Positions 1 through 8,459 of a stretch of 64,000 bases of DNA are shown here, in pieces (the first letter of the stretch is position 1; every line of letters begins with the position of its first letter). The notes beneath the pieces are model-generated. The model ran no database searches. It saw nothing but the letters and a program-made list of their open reading frames with translations, and was not told where the DNA came from. The DNA lies in the NCBI GenBank assembly GCA_964645535.1, contig CAZYCQ010000003.1:1-64000 (forward strand). Reading direction: 5' to 3'. A program made the translations under genes and the position numbers. The DNA comes from an uncultured archaeon (GTDB taxonomy: Archaea; Asgardarchaeota; Heimdallarchaeia; Heimdallarchaeales; Kariarchaeaceae).

Positions 1-42
1 TACCTTTTTTTCTGTTGGATCCATAAGTAAGAATTCTGACAT
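1..42 (-). CDS. Possible N-terminus of a gene running off the left edge of the window (MSEFLLMDPTEKKG...)
   Basis: In-frame ATGs at 42 and 24 on the minus strand, open to position 1; lies just downstream of the co-oriented glycosyltransferase. Too short to identify. Confidence 0.3.
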   Translation of the reverse strand, partial: MSEFLLMDPTEKKV

Positions 43-74
43 ATAATAAAAAAATTCTAGAAGATTACTGAAAA

Positions 75-1217
75 TTACGAAAATATGCGGTGTAAAACTG
101 CTGATTTGAATCTTTTTCCATAATTTATCCCATGCATCGGATAATGATAGTAAAGCAATTTGGCAAACTGGATGTGAGCGACAAATGGGTGTTTTTTGAG
201 TTGATCCGTATTAGTTAAAGTGATAAAGGTACCATGAACTTCGTTGAAGATATTCTCTTCTAATGGTCTCATTGCTGAACCGAATGTCACTTCACTTTTG
301 TGCACGGGTTTGGTAGTCAGAAGTAATTCTGCACTTTGTAGAAAATATTGATGTTTGGAACCATAGAGATCCACCACTAATTGGTGAGCTTGAGAGATTC
401 CTAGAGACGGAGCAAGGATTTTGGGAAGCAATTCTTGATGAACATCGTATACGGATCGGGAATCGTGGAATTTCTTAAAGCGGAACTCATGTCGGAAATG
501 GGCGAGAGGGGATTGAAACATTTCAGTTGGCTTCCTGAAATGTCTCCCGGGCTCGCCAAAATTAACTGCGAAGGAAATTCTTGGAAATGCGAAAAATTTG
601 TCCTTTTCCAAAAGGAATTGCGTCATTGTGGGGAACCATTCATCAGATGGAAAATTTCTGAAAACAGGAGGAAGTGAAGGATGATTTAAATGCCCATCAA
701 ATTTGTCTAGCCATCTGCGGAAGTCACTCCACATTGATTTTGTAAATGCCTGTCCGTGATAGAAAGGTATCTGGGCAAAAAAAATATCTGATCCATCATC
801 AATCGGATAAAATGGCAATTTTGTGTACCCATTGAAAGAAAGAGAATTAAGGCAAATCCCTCCCACCTTTGTATCCTTCTTGAAAAAATCCAATGCAGAT
901 GAGGCAAAATCATAGAAAGAATCTGAAACCATCAAATCATCTTCCAATAATATTATTGATTTTTCGTCCTTTGTCAGATCGCCAATGAACAGAAATTGAT
1001 CAACCAAACTCATTTTTGCATGTGGATGAACAACTTCACTATTAGGAAAATTTTCAACGAAATTATTTGCTATACGGCGTACGTTCTCATTGCCTTCTTT
1101 TCTTCCAACAACGATTTTAATTGGTTCGTCTCCTGTAAGGGCTTTTGCAACGGATTTTAACAGTCTGGCAAGAGATTTTTCTCTTTCGAATGCACTGATG
1201 ACAATGGTTGCTTTCAT
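75..1217 (-). CDS. Glycosyltransferase, GT-A fold (GT2-like)
   Basis: N-terminal IVISAFEREKSLARLLKS strand-helix typical of GT-A nucleotide-binding domains; IILLEDDL metal-binding DxD-type motif; 380 aa. Confidence 0.75.
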   Translation of the reverse strand: MKATIVISAFEREKSLARLLKSVAKALTGDEPIKIVVGRKEGNENVRRIANNFVENFPNSEVVHPHAKMSLVDQFLFIGDLTKDEKSIILLEDDLMVSDSFYDFASSALDFFKKDTKVGGICLNSLSFNGYTKLPFYPIDDGSDIFFAQIPFYHGQAFTKSMWSDFRRWLDKFDGHLNHPSLPPVFRNFPSDEWFPTMTQFLLEKDKFFAFPRISFAVNFGEPGRHFRKPTEMFQSPLAHFRHEFRFKKFHDSRSVYDVHQELLPKILAPSLGISQAHQLVVDLYGSKHQYFLQSAELLLTTKPVHKSEVTFGSAMRPLEENIFNEVHGTFITLTNTDQLKKHPFVAHIQFAKLLYYHYPMHGINYGKRFKSAVLHRIFS

Positions 1218-1373
1218 ATCAGTCTACATCTCCATTTCTCATGTGGTAAGAAATGGTTCAAGTAATTTTCAATTGAAAAATAGCTGAATTTCATGATTTT
1301 GGAAATTATCCAAAATTCACATCAAATTTTCACACTGCCTATCATTTAACCCACAACTGATAAATCCAAATTT

Positions 1374-1889
1374 ATGTTAAACCAGATGATGATCAAACTT
1401 GACGAACTAGACTTTCTAATCTTGAAGCATTTGAGGGAAAATAGCCAAGAGCCGTTGACTGTGTTACAGGAAAAGTTAGGACACCCCAAAAGCACCATTC
1501 ATACCCGGATTAAACGACTTCAGAAAGCCGGAATAATAAAACGATACGGCGCTTACATCGACATGAACCTGTTGAATTGGAATATCATTGGTTTTGTGTT
1601 GCTTACATTTGACCAAGCAAAGACAAATATTGTCCAAGAGGATGCCGCTCGCGTCATCAGTAAACTTCCCCAGGTTGAAGAAGTGCATATCATTGCAGGT
1701 CAATGGGATATTCTCTGTAAAATCAGATCCAATTCAATAACTGCGTTGGGAGATTTTGTAATAAAAGAACTAAAGGGAGTAGAAGGAATCAGCTCCAGCC
1801 TGACATTGGTTGTTTTGAAGACATTCAAGGAAGTTAATGATCCCCCTTATATTCTAGATACATTGATTCATGAAGCAAAAATGGATTAA
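1374..1889 (+). CDS. Lrp/AsnC family transcriptional regulator
   Basis: LDELDFLILKHL...STIHTRIKRLQKAGIIKRY HTH plus C-terminal RAM domain (VEEVHIIAGQWDILCKI). Confidence 0.93.
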   Translation: MLNQMMIKLDELDFLILKHLRENSQEPLTVLQEKLGHPKSTIHTRIKRLQKAGIIKRYGAYIDMNLLNWNIIGFVLLTFDQAKTNIVQEDAARVISKLPQVEEVHIIAGQWDILCKIRSNSITALGDFVIKELKGVEGISSSLTLVVLKTFKEVNDPPYILDTLIHEAKMD

Positions 1890-3643
1890 TTCTCAAATAT
1901 TGTAAAGGACGGGTCTCCAAAAACAGGGTATTTGAGTTCGATAATTTCCGATTTAAGTGAATAGAAGTCTAGCAGGGGGATATGTTTAAGAAAATGGTTA
2001 ACTTGAAGAGCTCCATTCATGGCCTCAAGTTCAAGAGGAAGGAGAGGCTTCCTGATATTTTGGAGAAGTGAGTTTTCATAGGCGCGGAGATAGTTGACAT
2101 ATTGTTCAAACCTTTCCATAACATCACGACTGGGAATAAATGCCGAATTCGCCAACAGTACTTGAGAAATCTGATTGATGGCATCATTTAATGTAATGAC
2201 TTCTGAAGCAAGGTTCAAAATAGTTTTCAACATGATGAACGTTACTTCTGCAATAGGTTGGAATTGTTTGTCATCGGATTCAAGTTGTTTAAGACTCATC
2301 AACCCTTCTCTGATTTTGGGAATGTTGGCTTTGGTTAAGGCTTCATGAACACTACAGAGGATGGGGGATACTATGAGGGGAAATGCCAATGCGTTTACAT
2401 AATTTCCATTGAGGTTTCTGGAGGCCCAAGATAATTTCGCGATCAGTTCATCAATCTTGAAAGGATACAGCTCAATCAGTCTTGCATTTCCCGAAATGTA
2501 TGCAGATAGTAGAATCAAGCGGGAATAATTATCATTTGGACTATTGGAAGGCTCATTTTCCTCGATTGACTTTTCTACTTGCCTGAAATATTCCTCCATT
2601 TCTTCGGTGATTGGCTTTATATCTACATATTGCTTTTCCATTTGTTGAATACATTGATGGATTTTTTCGCTAATGGCAATGTATTCAATATGTTTCTTTG
2701 CAGAATATGTTGCGGAATCCTTGCCTTCAATAATTCTTTGGATTTCCAATGTTTCCTTGCCATTGTTTCTAAGCAATTCACTCAATGAGGATTTCAGGTC
2801 ATCAAAATGTTTTATCAACCCTGTAATGAACTGAAATTCGGTTAAATCAAGATTCCAGTAATCGAGATATTCTTCCAATCTGATCAAATCGATTTTGCTC
2901 TGAATTACACTCATCCCGAGAATCATGAAAGAATACAAATTAATGATCTCGATAATCAAATCCTTACGGATTGGCTCTGAAGCCTGATCTGCCATGAATT
3001 TCCTGATATATTCATCCTGAAGGATTGCATCGATTGTCTTGAAGTAGTACATGATTAATCCAAATATGGTTTTGAATTGCTCTTCAGGAAGAAAGGGGGC
3101 TTGAATTATGAGTTGCATATTGAATCTGGCATAAGTTGAAGCCCGTTTAATTGTTTCGAACCATTGGTTTGTATCAGAATATGGATTGATCTCTTCGAGT
3201 TTGGTAATGTCATATTCCCGAACAAGAACTTTTGAGATTAATTCATGGAGTTTCGGAACTCTTGCAGCTTCCTCAATTAATGTGGTGTTGAATAGTCGCT
3301 CAAAAACCGCCTCCCAAATTTTTTGGTTTTGCTCCTCAAGACCCAGATCAAACTCTACCAATTCTTTTTTCAATTTAATGAATTGTTCATTGAGAGAGAT
3401 GAGGTTCCTCATTTTCTCATTTGCGGTATGTTTTGCATTGGTCAGGTAATTCAAAATTTCCTCTTTTAGCCCATTATATCTATTTTTGATTATTGTTCTT
3501 GCAGAGATTTGAGGAAAACCGGAATTTAATTTTTGGGAAAGACTTTGTCCCAAATTGATAAGCTCATTTAGGGCTTCTTGCACGGAAAGACTAACGGATT
3601 TGTTCCTAAAAAATCTTACGAGAGAATACGATACTAGTACCAT
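1886..3643 (-). CDS. Hypothetical all-alpha protein (585 aa)
   Basis: Long ORF rich in L/I/E/K with helical periodicity; no recognisable motif. Confidence 0.7.
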   Translation of the reverse strand: MVLVSYSLVRFFRNKSVSLSVQEALNELINLGQSLSQKLNSGFPQISARTIIKNRYNGLKEEILNYLTNAKHTANEKMRNLISLNEQFIKLKKELVEFDLGLEEQNQKIWEAVFERLFNTTLIEEAARVPKLHELISKVLVREYDITKLEEINPYSDTNQWFETIKRASTYARFNMQLIIQAPFLPEEQFKTIFGLIMYYFKTIDAILQDEYIRKFMADQASEPIRKDLIIEIINLYSFMILGMSVIQSKIDLIRLEEYLDYWNLDLTEFQFITGLIKHFDDLKSSLSELLRNNGKETLEIQRIIEGKDSATYSAKKHIEYIAISEKIHQCIQQMEKQYVDIKPITEEMEEYFRQVEKSIEENEPSNSPNDNYSRLILLSAYISGNARLIELYPFKIDELIAKLSWASRNLNGNYVNALAFPLIVSPILCSVHEALTKANIPKIREGLMSLKQLESDDKQFQPIAEVTFIMLKTILNLASEVITLNDAINQISQVLLANSAFIPSRDVMERFEQYVNYLRAYENSLLQNIRKPLLPLELEAMNGALQVNHFLKHIPLLDFYSLKSEIIELKYPVFGDPSFTIFEN

Positions 3644-3723
3644 GGATAGATGGAATGATTTTCTATAAAGATTTAATTTGTCAACTGAGCTTAATTTTTT
3701 AAAACTTAAGAGAATCAGTATCT

Positions 3724-4614
3724 GTGCCTGAACTAGAGGTTCCCGAATGGTTGAAATTTCGGGGAAAAACCTTCTCCCGCCAATTGAGTGTTGTCAGTAG
3801 TTCTGTCAGAAAGTCTGGACTGGCTACAGTCTGTGAAGAAGCAAGATGTCCAAATCGGACAGAATGCTGGTCTGGAGGGACTGCAACATTCATGCTTATG
3901 GGAGATACCTGTACACGTGGATGCAAATTCTGTGCAGTGAAAACCTCACCAACACCTCCACCTTTGGATCCTGAAGAGCCGAAACACTTAATCGAAGCTT
4001 TGAGGAACCTAGAACTTGGATATATCGTGCTCACTTCTGTGGATAGAGACGATCTTCCAGATGGAGGAGCCACCCATTTAGCAAATTGCATCAAGGCAAT
4101 CAAGCATGAATACCCGAATTTGCTTGTTGAGATTTTGATTCCAGATTTCCAAGGTAACGAGAAATCGATCAAAACGGTAGTGGAAGCTCGTCCAGATGTT
4201 ATAGCCCATAATGTTGAAACTGTCAAACGGTTACAGAAAAAGGTTCGAGATTCAAGGGCAAGCTATGAACAATCACTTTTCGTTCTTAAGCGAATTAAGG
4301 AATTATCTCCAAGGATGCTTACTAAATCAAGCATTATGTTAGGCCTCTCAGAGGCGGAAAGCGAGGTCATTCAGACAATGAAAGATCTTCGAGAAAATGG
4401 AGTGGACTTTCTGACTATTGGTCAGTACATGCGACCAACATTTAGGCATATGCGAGTGAGGGAATATATCCATCCGGAAAAGTTTGATCAATATCGGGAA
4501 GCTGGCCTGAAAATGGGATTCAAGTATGTTGCTTCTGGCCCTCTAGTTCGTTCATCCTATAGGGCGGGTGAATTTTTCATAAAGGAATACATTGAAAAAG
4601 CAAAACCAAAGTAA
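3724..4614 (+). CDS. lipA: Lipoyl synthase (radical SAM)
   Basis: CEEARCPNRTEC (CX4CX5C auxiliary cluster), CTRGCKFC (CX3CX2C), SVDRDDL, HNVET and C-terminal VRSSY; GTG start. Confidence 0.97.
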   Translation: MPELEVPEWLKFRGKTFSRQLSVVSSSVRKSGLATVCEEARCPNRTECWSGGTATFMLMGDTCTRGCKFCAVKTSPTPPPLDPEEPKHLIEALRNLELGYIVLTSVDRDDLPDGGATHLANCIKAIKHEYPNLLVEILIPDFQGNEKSIKTVVEARPDVIAHNVETVKRLQKKVRDSRASYEQSLFVLKRIKELSPRMLTKSSIMLGLSEAESEVIQTMKDLRENGVDFLTIGQYMRPTFRHMRVREYIHPEKFDQYREAGLKMGFKYVASGPLVRSSYRAGEFFIKEYIEKAKPK

Positions 4615-4615
4615 A

Positions 4616-5233
4616 TCACACAACAAAATAAAGCGGAATATCATCCTTCAGCAATCTTCCAACATGCCCTCTATTCAACAATTCCTCCAATCTTTCTACC
4701 GCTTCGCTTTCTGTTAGTCCTTTCTCAGTTGCAAGATCCCTAGGGCTAGCTTCTCTTCTCTCAAGGACAAATTTTGCGGTTTCCTGAAGGTTTTCAGGTA
4801 AGGATATCAAGGTCAATGCATTCAAAGGATTTCTCGGCTCAATTCTTTCTTTGATTTTTTCCATGTGTAAGATTTCTGCCAGAATTTTATCAAATTTTGA
4901 AAATTCAGACATATCTCCAGTCCAATCTTCAAGCCTGTCTCCGAAATGCTTGAGGAAGTTAACACCCAATTCGGTAAGTGGCAAATTCTTAGAAATGAGA
5001 AATTCATCTGCCAAGGCCATTACAATTGAAATGGGACCTATGGGCTCATTCACGAATGTGTATCCAGCCGCAGAAAAGTGGTTGACATAACTGCCAGTCA
5101 TCTCTTGGACGAAGTTTTGCATGGCAGTCAAAAGCCCTGTTACCAACTGGCTAGGAGGAGGATTTGGAACAAAATTTGCATCGTAAAGACACCGTCCATC
5201 TTCATGAATGATATATAGAGACAATAATTTCAA
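4616..5233 (-). CDS. Longin/roadblock-like domain fused to a C-terminal winged helix-turn-helix
   Basis: N-terminal LSLYIIHEDGRCLY...QLVTGLLTAMQNFVQEM pattern (beta-beta-alpha, longin/profilin-like). C-terminal ASPRDLATEKGLTESEAVERLEELLNRGHV is wHTH-like. TTG start 7 nt after GGAGG, overlapping the upstream stop (TTGA). Confidence 0.7.
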   Translation of the reverse strand: MKLLSLYIIHEDGRCLYDANFVPNPPPSQLVTGLLTAMQNFVQEMTGSYVNHFSAAGYTFVNEPIGPISIVMALADEFLISKNLPLTELGVNFLKHFGDRLEDWTGDMSEFSKFDKILAEILHMEKIKERIEPRNPLNALTLISLPENLQETAKFVLERREASPRDLATEKGLTESEAVERLEELLNRGHVGRLLKDDIPLYFVV

Positions 5234-6102
5234 TCATTTACCTCCTGATTCTTATGAATCTCAAGAAATCGTTCAAGCACATTATTGATTGAAATACTGA
5301 ATGGCCTGTCAGGATATTTTAGGCTGTAAATTTCTCTTCCAAAATTGTGGGGGTTGGTCAGAGAATCATAGACATAGGCAATTTCATTCTCAATGAGAAA
5401 TTCATCGTGGTTAATAACACCTCCAAACCAGATGTTTGGTCTATCGAGAGGATTAATCACCTTTCCTTGAATAAGATCATTGATAGAGGTTCCTTTATGT
5501 CTGACGAACTTTTCCGGAAGTTGGTTGACAATAATTGAGGTATTGGGTCGAAGGGATTGGTGAATGATCTTAAGGAGTTCAACAGTTCCTGCCAAATCTG
5601 CATTGATTAATTTTTGAATGATGAAAAGGTGTTCTGCCACAGCGACATTGTTGATTGAGCTCATTGAGACACCAGGGGATGTATCAAGAACTACAAAGTC
5701 TGCATTCCAAGGGTTTTCCACTAGTTTATTTCTTACCAAACCAATAAGCCTATAGAGATCATTCAGAGGAGCCGTCCTTCCTCTTTGGTCAATTTTTGAA
5801 ATCATCCCTCCATCGATACTGGAGAGACCGGCAAATAATTTTCCTTTGGCGTTTTCCGGGAGCTTGGAGCTTACATCTTGAATTAGCTGATCGACGGGAA
5901 TTTCCTCACCCAAAAAATATTCTGTGAGGGTTCGTTTTTTAGGATCATAAGGAAAATAAGTCTGTAATGTTGGTGCTGCAAGATCCATATCTAGGATAAC
6001 GACTCTATATCCTTTGACAGCCAAAATGCCAGCGAGATTGACGGCTATGATTGATTTACCAGTTCCTCCTTTATGCGAATGGACGGCGATAGTCGTTACC
6101 AT
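5230..6102 (-). CDS. MinD/ParA family ATPase
   Basis: Deviant Walker A KGGTGKS, Walker A' ILDMDLAAP, Walker B VVLDTSPG, IIVNQ strand. Confidence 0.9.
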   Translation of the reverse strand: MVTTIAVHSHKGGTGKSIIAVNLAGILAVKGYRVVILDMDLAAPTLQTYFPYDPKKRTLTEYFLGEEIPVDQLIQDVSSKLPENAKGKLFAGLSSIDGGMISKIDQRGRTAPLNDLYRLIGLVRNKLVENPWNADFVVLDTSPGVSMSSINNVAVAEHLFIIQKLINADLAGTVELLKIIHQSLRPNTSIIVNQLPEKFVRHKGTSINDLIQGKVINPLDRPNIWFGGVINHDEFLIENEIAYVYDSLTNPHNFGREIYSLKYPDRPFSISINNVLERFLEIHKNQEVND

Positions 6103-6190
6103 CTTGTAAGTCTATTAATCGACTCATTTTAAATGATTGTTCCTTTACAAACGGAAAAAGGTGCACTAAATCCTATCTTGATGAAATCAA

Positions 6191-7675
6191 TCAAGGAATG
6201 GCCCACGAAATGAAGGTTCTGAGGTCTTTGGAAAGTTTCTCTAAAGAGGGAGGATGCATGTACATCATATGTCCAGCTTCATAGTACTCCATTTTGATGT
6301 TTCCCTGTAAGGAAGGGTCTAACCCCATGTGATCAAATGTGTACTCCGTTGCAAAATATGGAGTAGCTAAATCATAATACCCATTTGCAACAAAAACTTT
6401 CAGAAATGGGTTTTTTGACATGGCATCCCTCAATGTTTCTGCTACATTGAGAAATTGGTTCTGAAATTTCTCATATTTCCAAGTCATCCAAAGGTTTGCA
6501 AGGATTTCATAATTTTCATCATTTGCATAATTCAGTTCTTTTCTGACATAATCGTTGAAGGTGGCGGTATATGGTCCCTGAATGGCGGCATAGCTTGGAT
6601 CATAGGTATTCATCTCTCCCGCAGCATCTCGATCAATACCAACAAAACGACTGTCCAATCTCCCTACAATCCTCCGTTCATTCCGCAACAATTCATTTGT
6701 AAATCGATGGATGTTGATACGTAGGTTTGTCCGATCAATATAGTCCTTTGATAACCCCGTAAAATCAGATAGCTTCTTAATTATTCTAGACTTTTCACGA
6801 GGAGATAATTTGTCCCCTTTCATCAAGGCGAGAACATAGTCTTTCATCACGAATTCTTCAACTTTGCTTAAGGTGACTTTCAAATCAGCCTGCAATAATT
6901 CTTCCTTGAGTTTTTTATGATACCACGCGGTGGCGGCATATGTCGGCAAGAAGAGAAGAAAAGGAAGATCATTTCCAGGCATGAATCTAGCGGTCTGAAA
7001 ATTGAGGATACTGGAAACAAGCATCAGACCATTGAGATACATCCCATATCGATCTTGGAGATAGCCAGACAATCCTCCAGCTCGAGTGGTGCCGTAACTT
7101 TCTCCAATCAGGAATTTCGGGGAGCTCCAACGTTGGTTCCTAGATGTATAAAGTCTTATGAATTCCGCTACACTTTCAATATCCTTGTTGTAGTCATGAA
7201 ACTGTTCCGGATTTTCGCCTTTTACGGCCCGACTATAACCCGTACTTACAGGATCTATGAAAACCAGATCGGAAACATCCAAAATGGAGTGTTCATTTGG
7301 AACTAACCTGTATGGGGGTGGAACCGGTTTGCCATCCTTTTCTGCAATCACCCTTTTGGGACCCAACAAGCCGAGATGCAACCAGACGGAAGACGATCCC
7401 GGCCCTCCATTGAATGAGAAGGTAATTGGACGTTCTGAGAAATCGTCTACACCTTCACGAGTATAAGCAATGTAGAAAATTTTGGCTTTCGGCTTCAACC
7501 CTTCCTCTTTTTTCTTGGGATCTTCTTGTCTCAGGATCATGGTTCCTGTAGTTGCAGTATATTTCACCTCTTCTGTTCCTATTTTGATGGAACCTTTGGT
7601 TACGACCGTTTCTTCTTTTGGTTCTTCCAAGGTTTCTTTCTTGTCGTTCTTTTCGTCCTTTTCGGCCATAACCAA
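6191..7675 (-). CDS. Serine carboxypeptidase, family S10 (bacterial-type)
   Basis: FNGGPGSSS, FIDPVSTGYS, nucleophile motif GESYG, GYYDLATP, AGHMMY. Confidence 0.93.
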   Translation of the reverse strand: MVMAEKDEKNDKKETLEEPKEETVVTKGSIKIGTEEVKYTATTGTMILRQEDPKKKEEGLKPKAKIFYIAYTREGVDDFSERPITFSFNGGPGSSSVWLHLGLLGPKRVIAEKDGKPVPPPYRLVPNEHSILDVSDLVFIDPVSTGYSRAVKGENPEQFHDYNKDIESVAEFIRLYTSRNQRWSSPKFLIGESYGTTRAGGLSGYLQDRYGMYLNGLMLVSSILNFQTARFMPGNDLPFLLFLPTYAATAWYHKKLKEELLQADLKVTLSKVEEFVMKDYVLALMKGDKLSPREKSRIIKKLSDFTGLSKDYIDRTNLRINIHRFTNELLRNERRIVGRLDSRFVGIDRDAAGEMNTYDPSYAAIQGPYTATFNDYVRKELNYANDENYEILANLWMTWKYEKFQNQFLNVAETLRDAMSKNPFLKVFVANGYYDLATPYFATEYTFDHMGLDPSLQGNIKMEYYEAGHMMYMHPPSLEKLSKDLRTFISWAIP

Positions 7676-7726
7676 TTTTAATGACTGTCTTTTAAGAATG
7701 ATTTCCTCGGACTAAATGATGAAATA

Positions 7727-8416
7727 TCAACTCTCGACCTCGACCTTCTTAAATAACCTACGAATTGTTTTTGAAGCTTCAGCAACATCCTCCTCATCAA
7801 GTATGAGTTGCATTTCTGAAAAAGTGGATATCAATTCGACAATGTTGATCCCATCCATGGCCAATGTCTTTGTAATGTAATAGAACAATCCTGGATTTTC
7901 TGCGGAGGTTTCAGGAATCCGAAGAGAGAGTGCAGCGAGATTGTCTATTTTGCTAATCAAGGTGAAGTTATTGAAAAGCTCCATTATCTCATGTCGGTAA
8001 TGGGATTGGGTAATCACAGTTGTTTCACTAGTTCCTTGGGTCACAGAAAGGAAAGAGTTTGGTGTTATTGGAACTATTTGATAAAGTTTGGAAAGGGTTT
8101 TTCCCAAATCCTTTGCTGAAGATATTTCAACAGTGATTTCAAATAGATCATACTTGATCACCATGTCTGAACTAGCGAATTCCCCTAGTTTTTTTTGGAT
8201 TTGAGCAATATGTTGGGTACTCAACTGTTCACCCAATCTCCGAAGAGCCATAGATATTGTTGCCAATTTAACTGAACCCTCAGTATATCGTTCTTGTACC
8301 TGAGGCAACAATTCTTCCGCTAAAGCATTGTAATTGATTATGCCGCGGATAAGGGCATCCTCCAAAAAGGGTTTGGATTTTACAAGCTCCCGAGTAATTT
8401 CCGCTACAGAAACCAT
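7727..8416 (-). CDS. ACT-domain protein with N-terminal helical domain (standalone aspartokinase-regulatory-like family)
   Basis: N-terminal GIINYNALAEEL...ATISMALRR and C-terminal ACT motif PGLFYYITKTLAMDGINIVELIST. Confidence 0.75.
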   Translation of the reverse strand: MVSVAEITRELVKSKPFLEDALIRGIINYNALAEELLPQVQERYTEGSVKLATISMALRRLGEQLSTQHIAQIQKKLGEFASSDMVIKYDLFEITVEISSAKDLGKTLSKLYQIVPITPNSFLSVTQGTSETTVITQSHYRHEIMELFNNFTLISKIDNLAALSLRIPETSAENPGLFYYITKTLAMDGINIVELISTFSEMQLILDEEDVAEASKTIRRLFKKVEVES

Positions 8417-8459
8417 TTACTCTCCAAACAAGGTAGATGTTAAAAAAGTTGGGTTTTTG

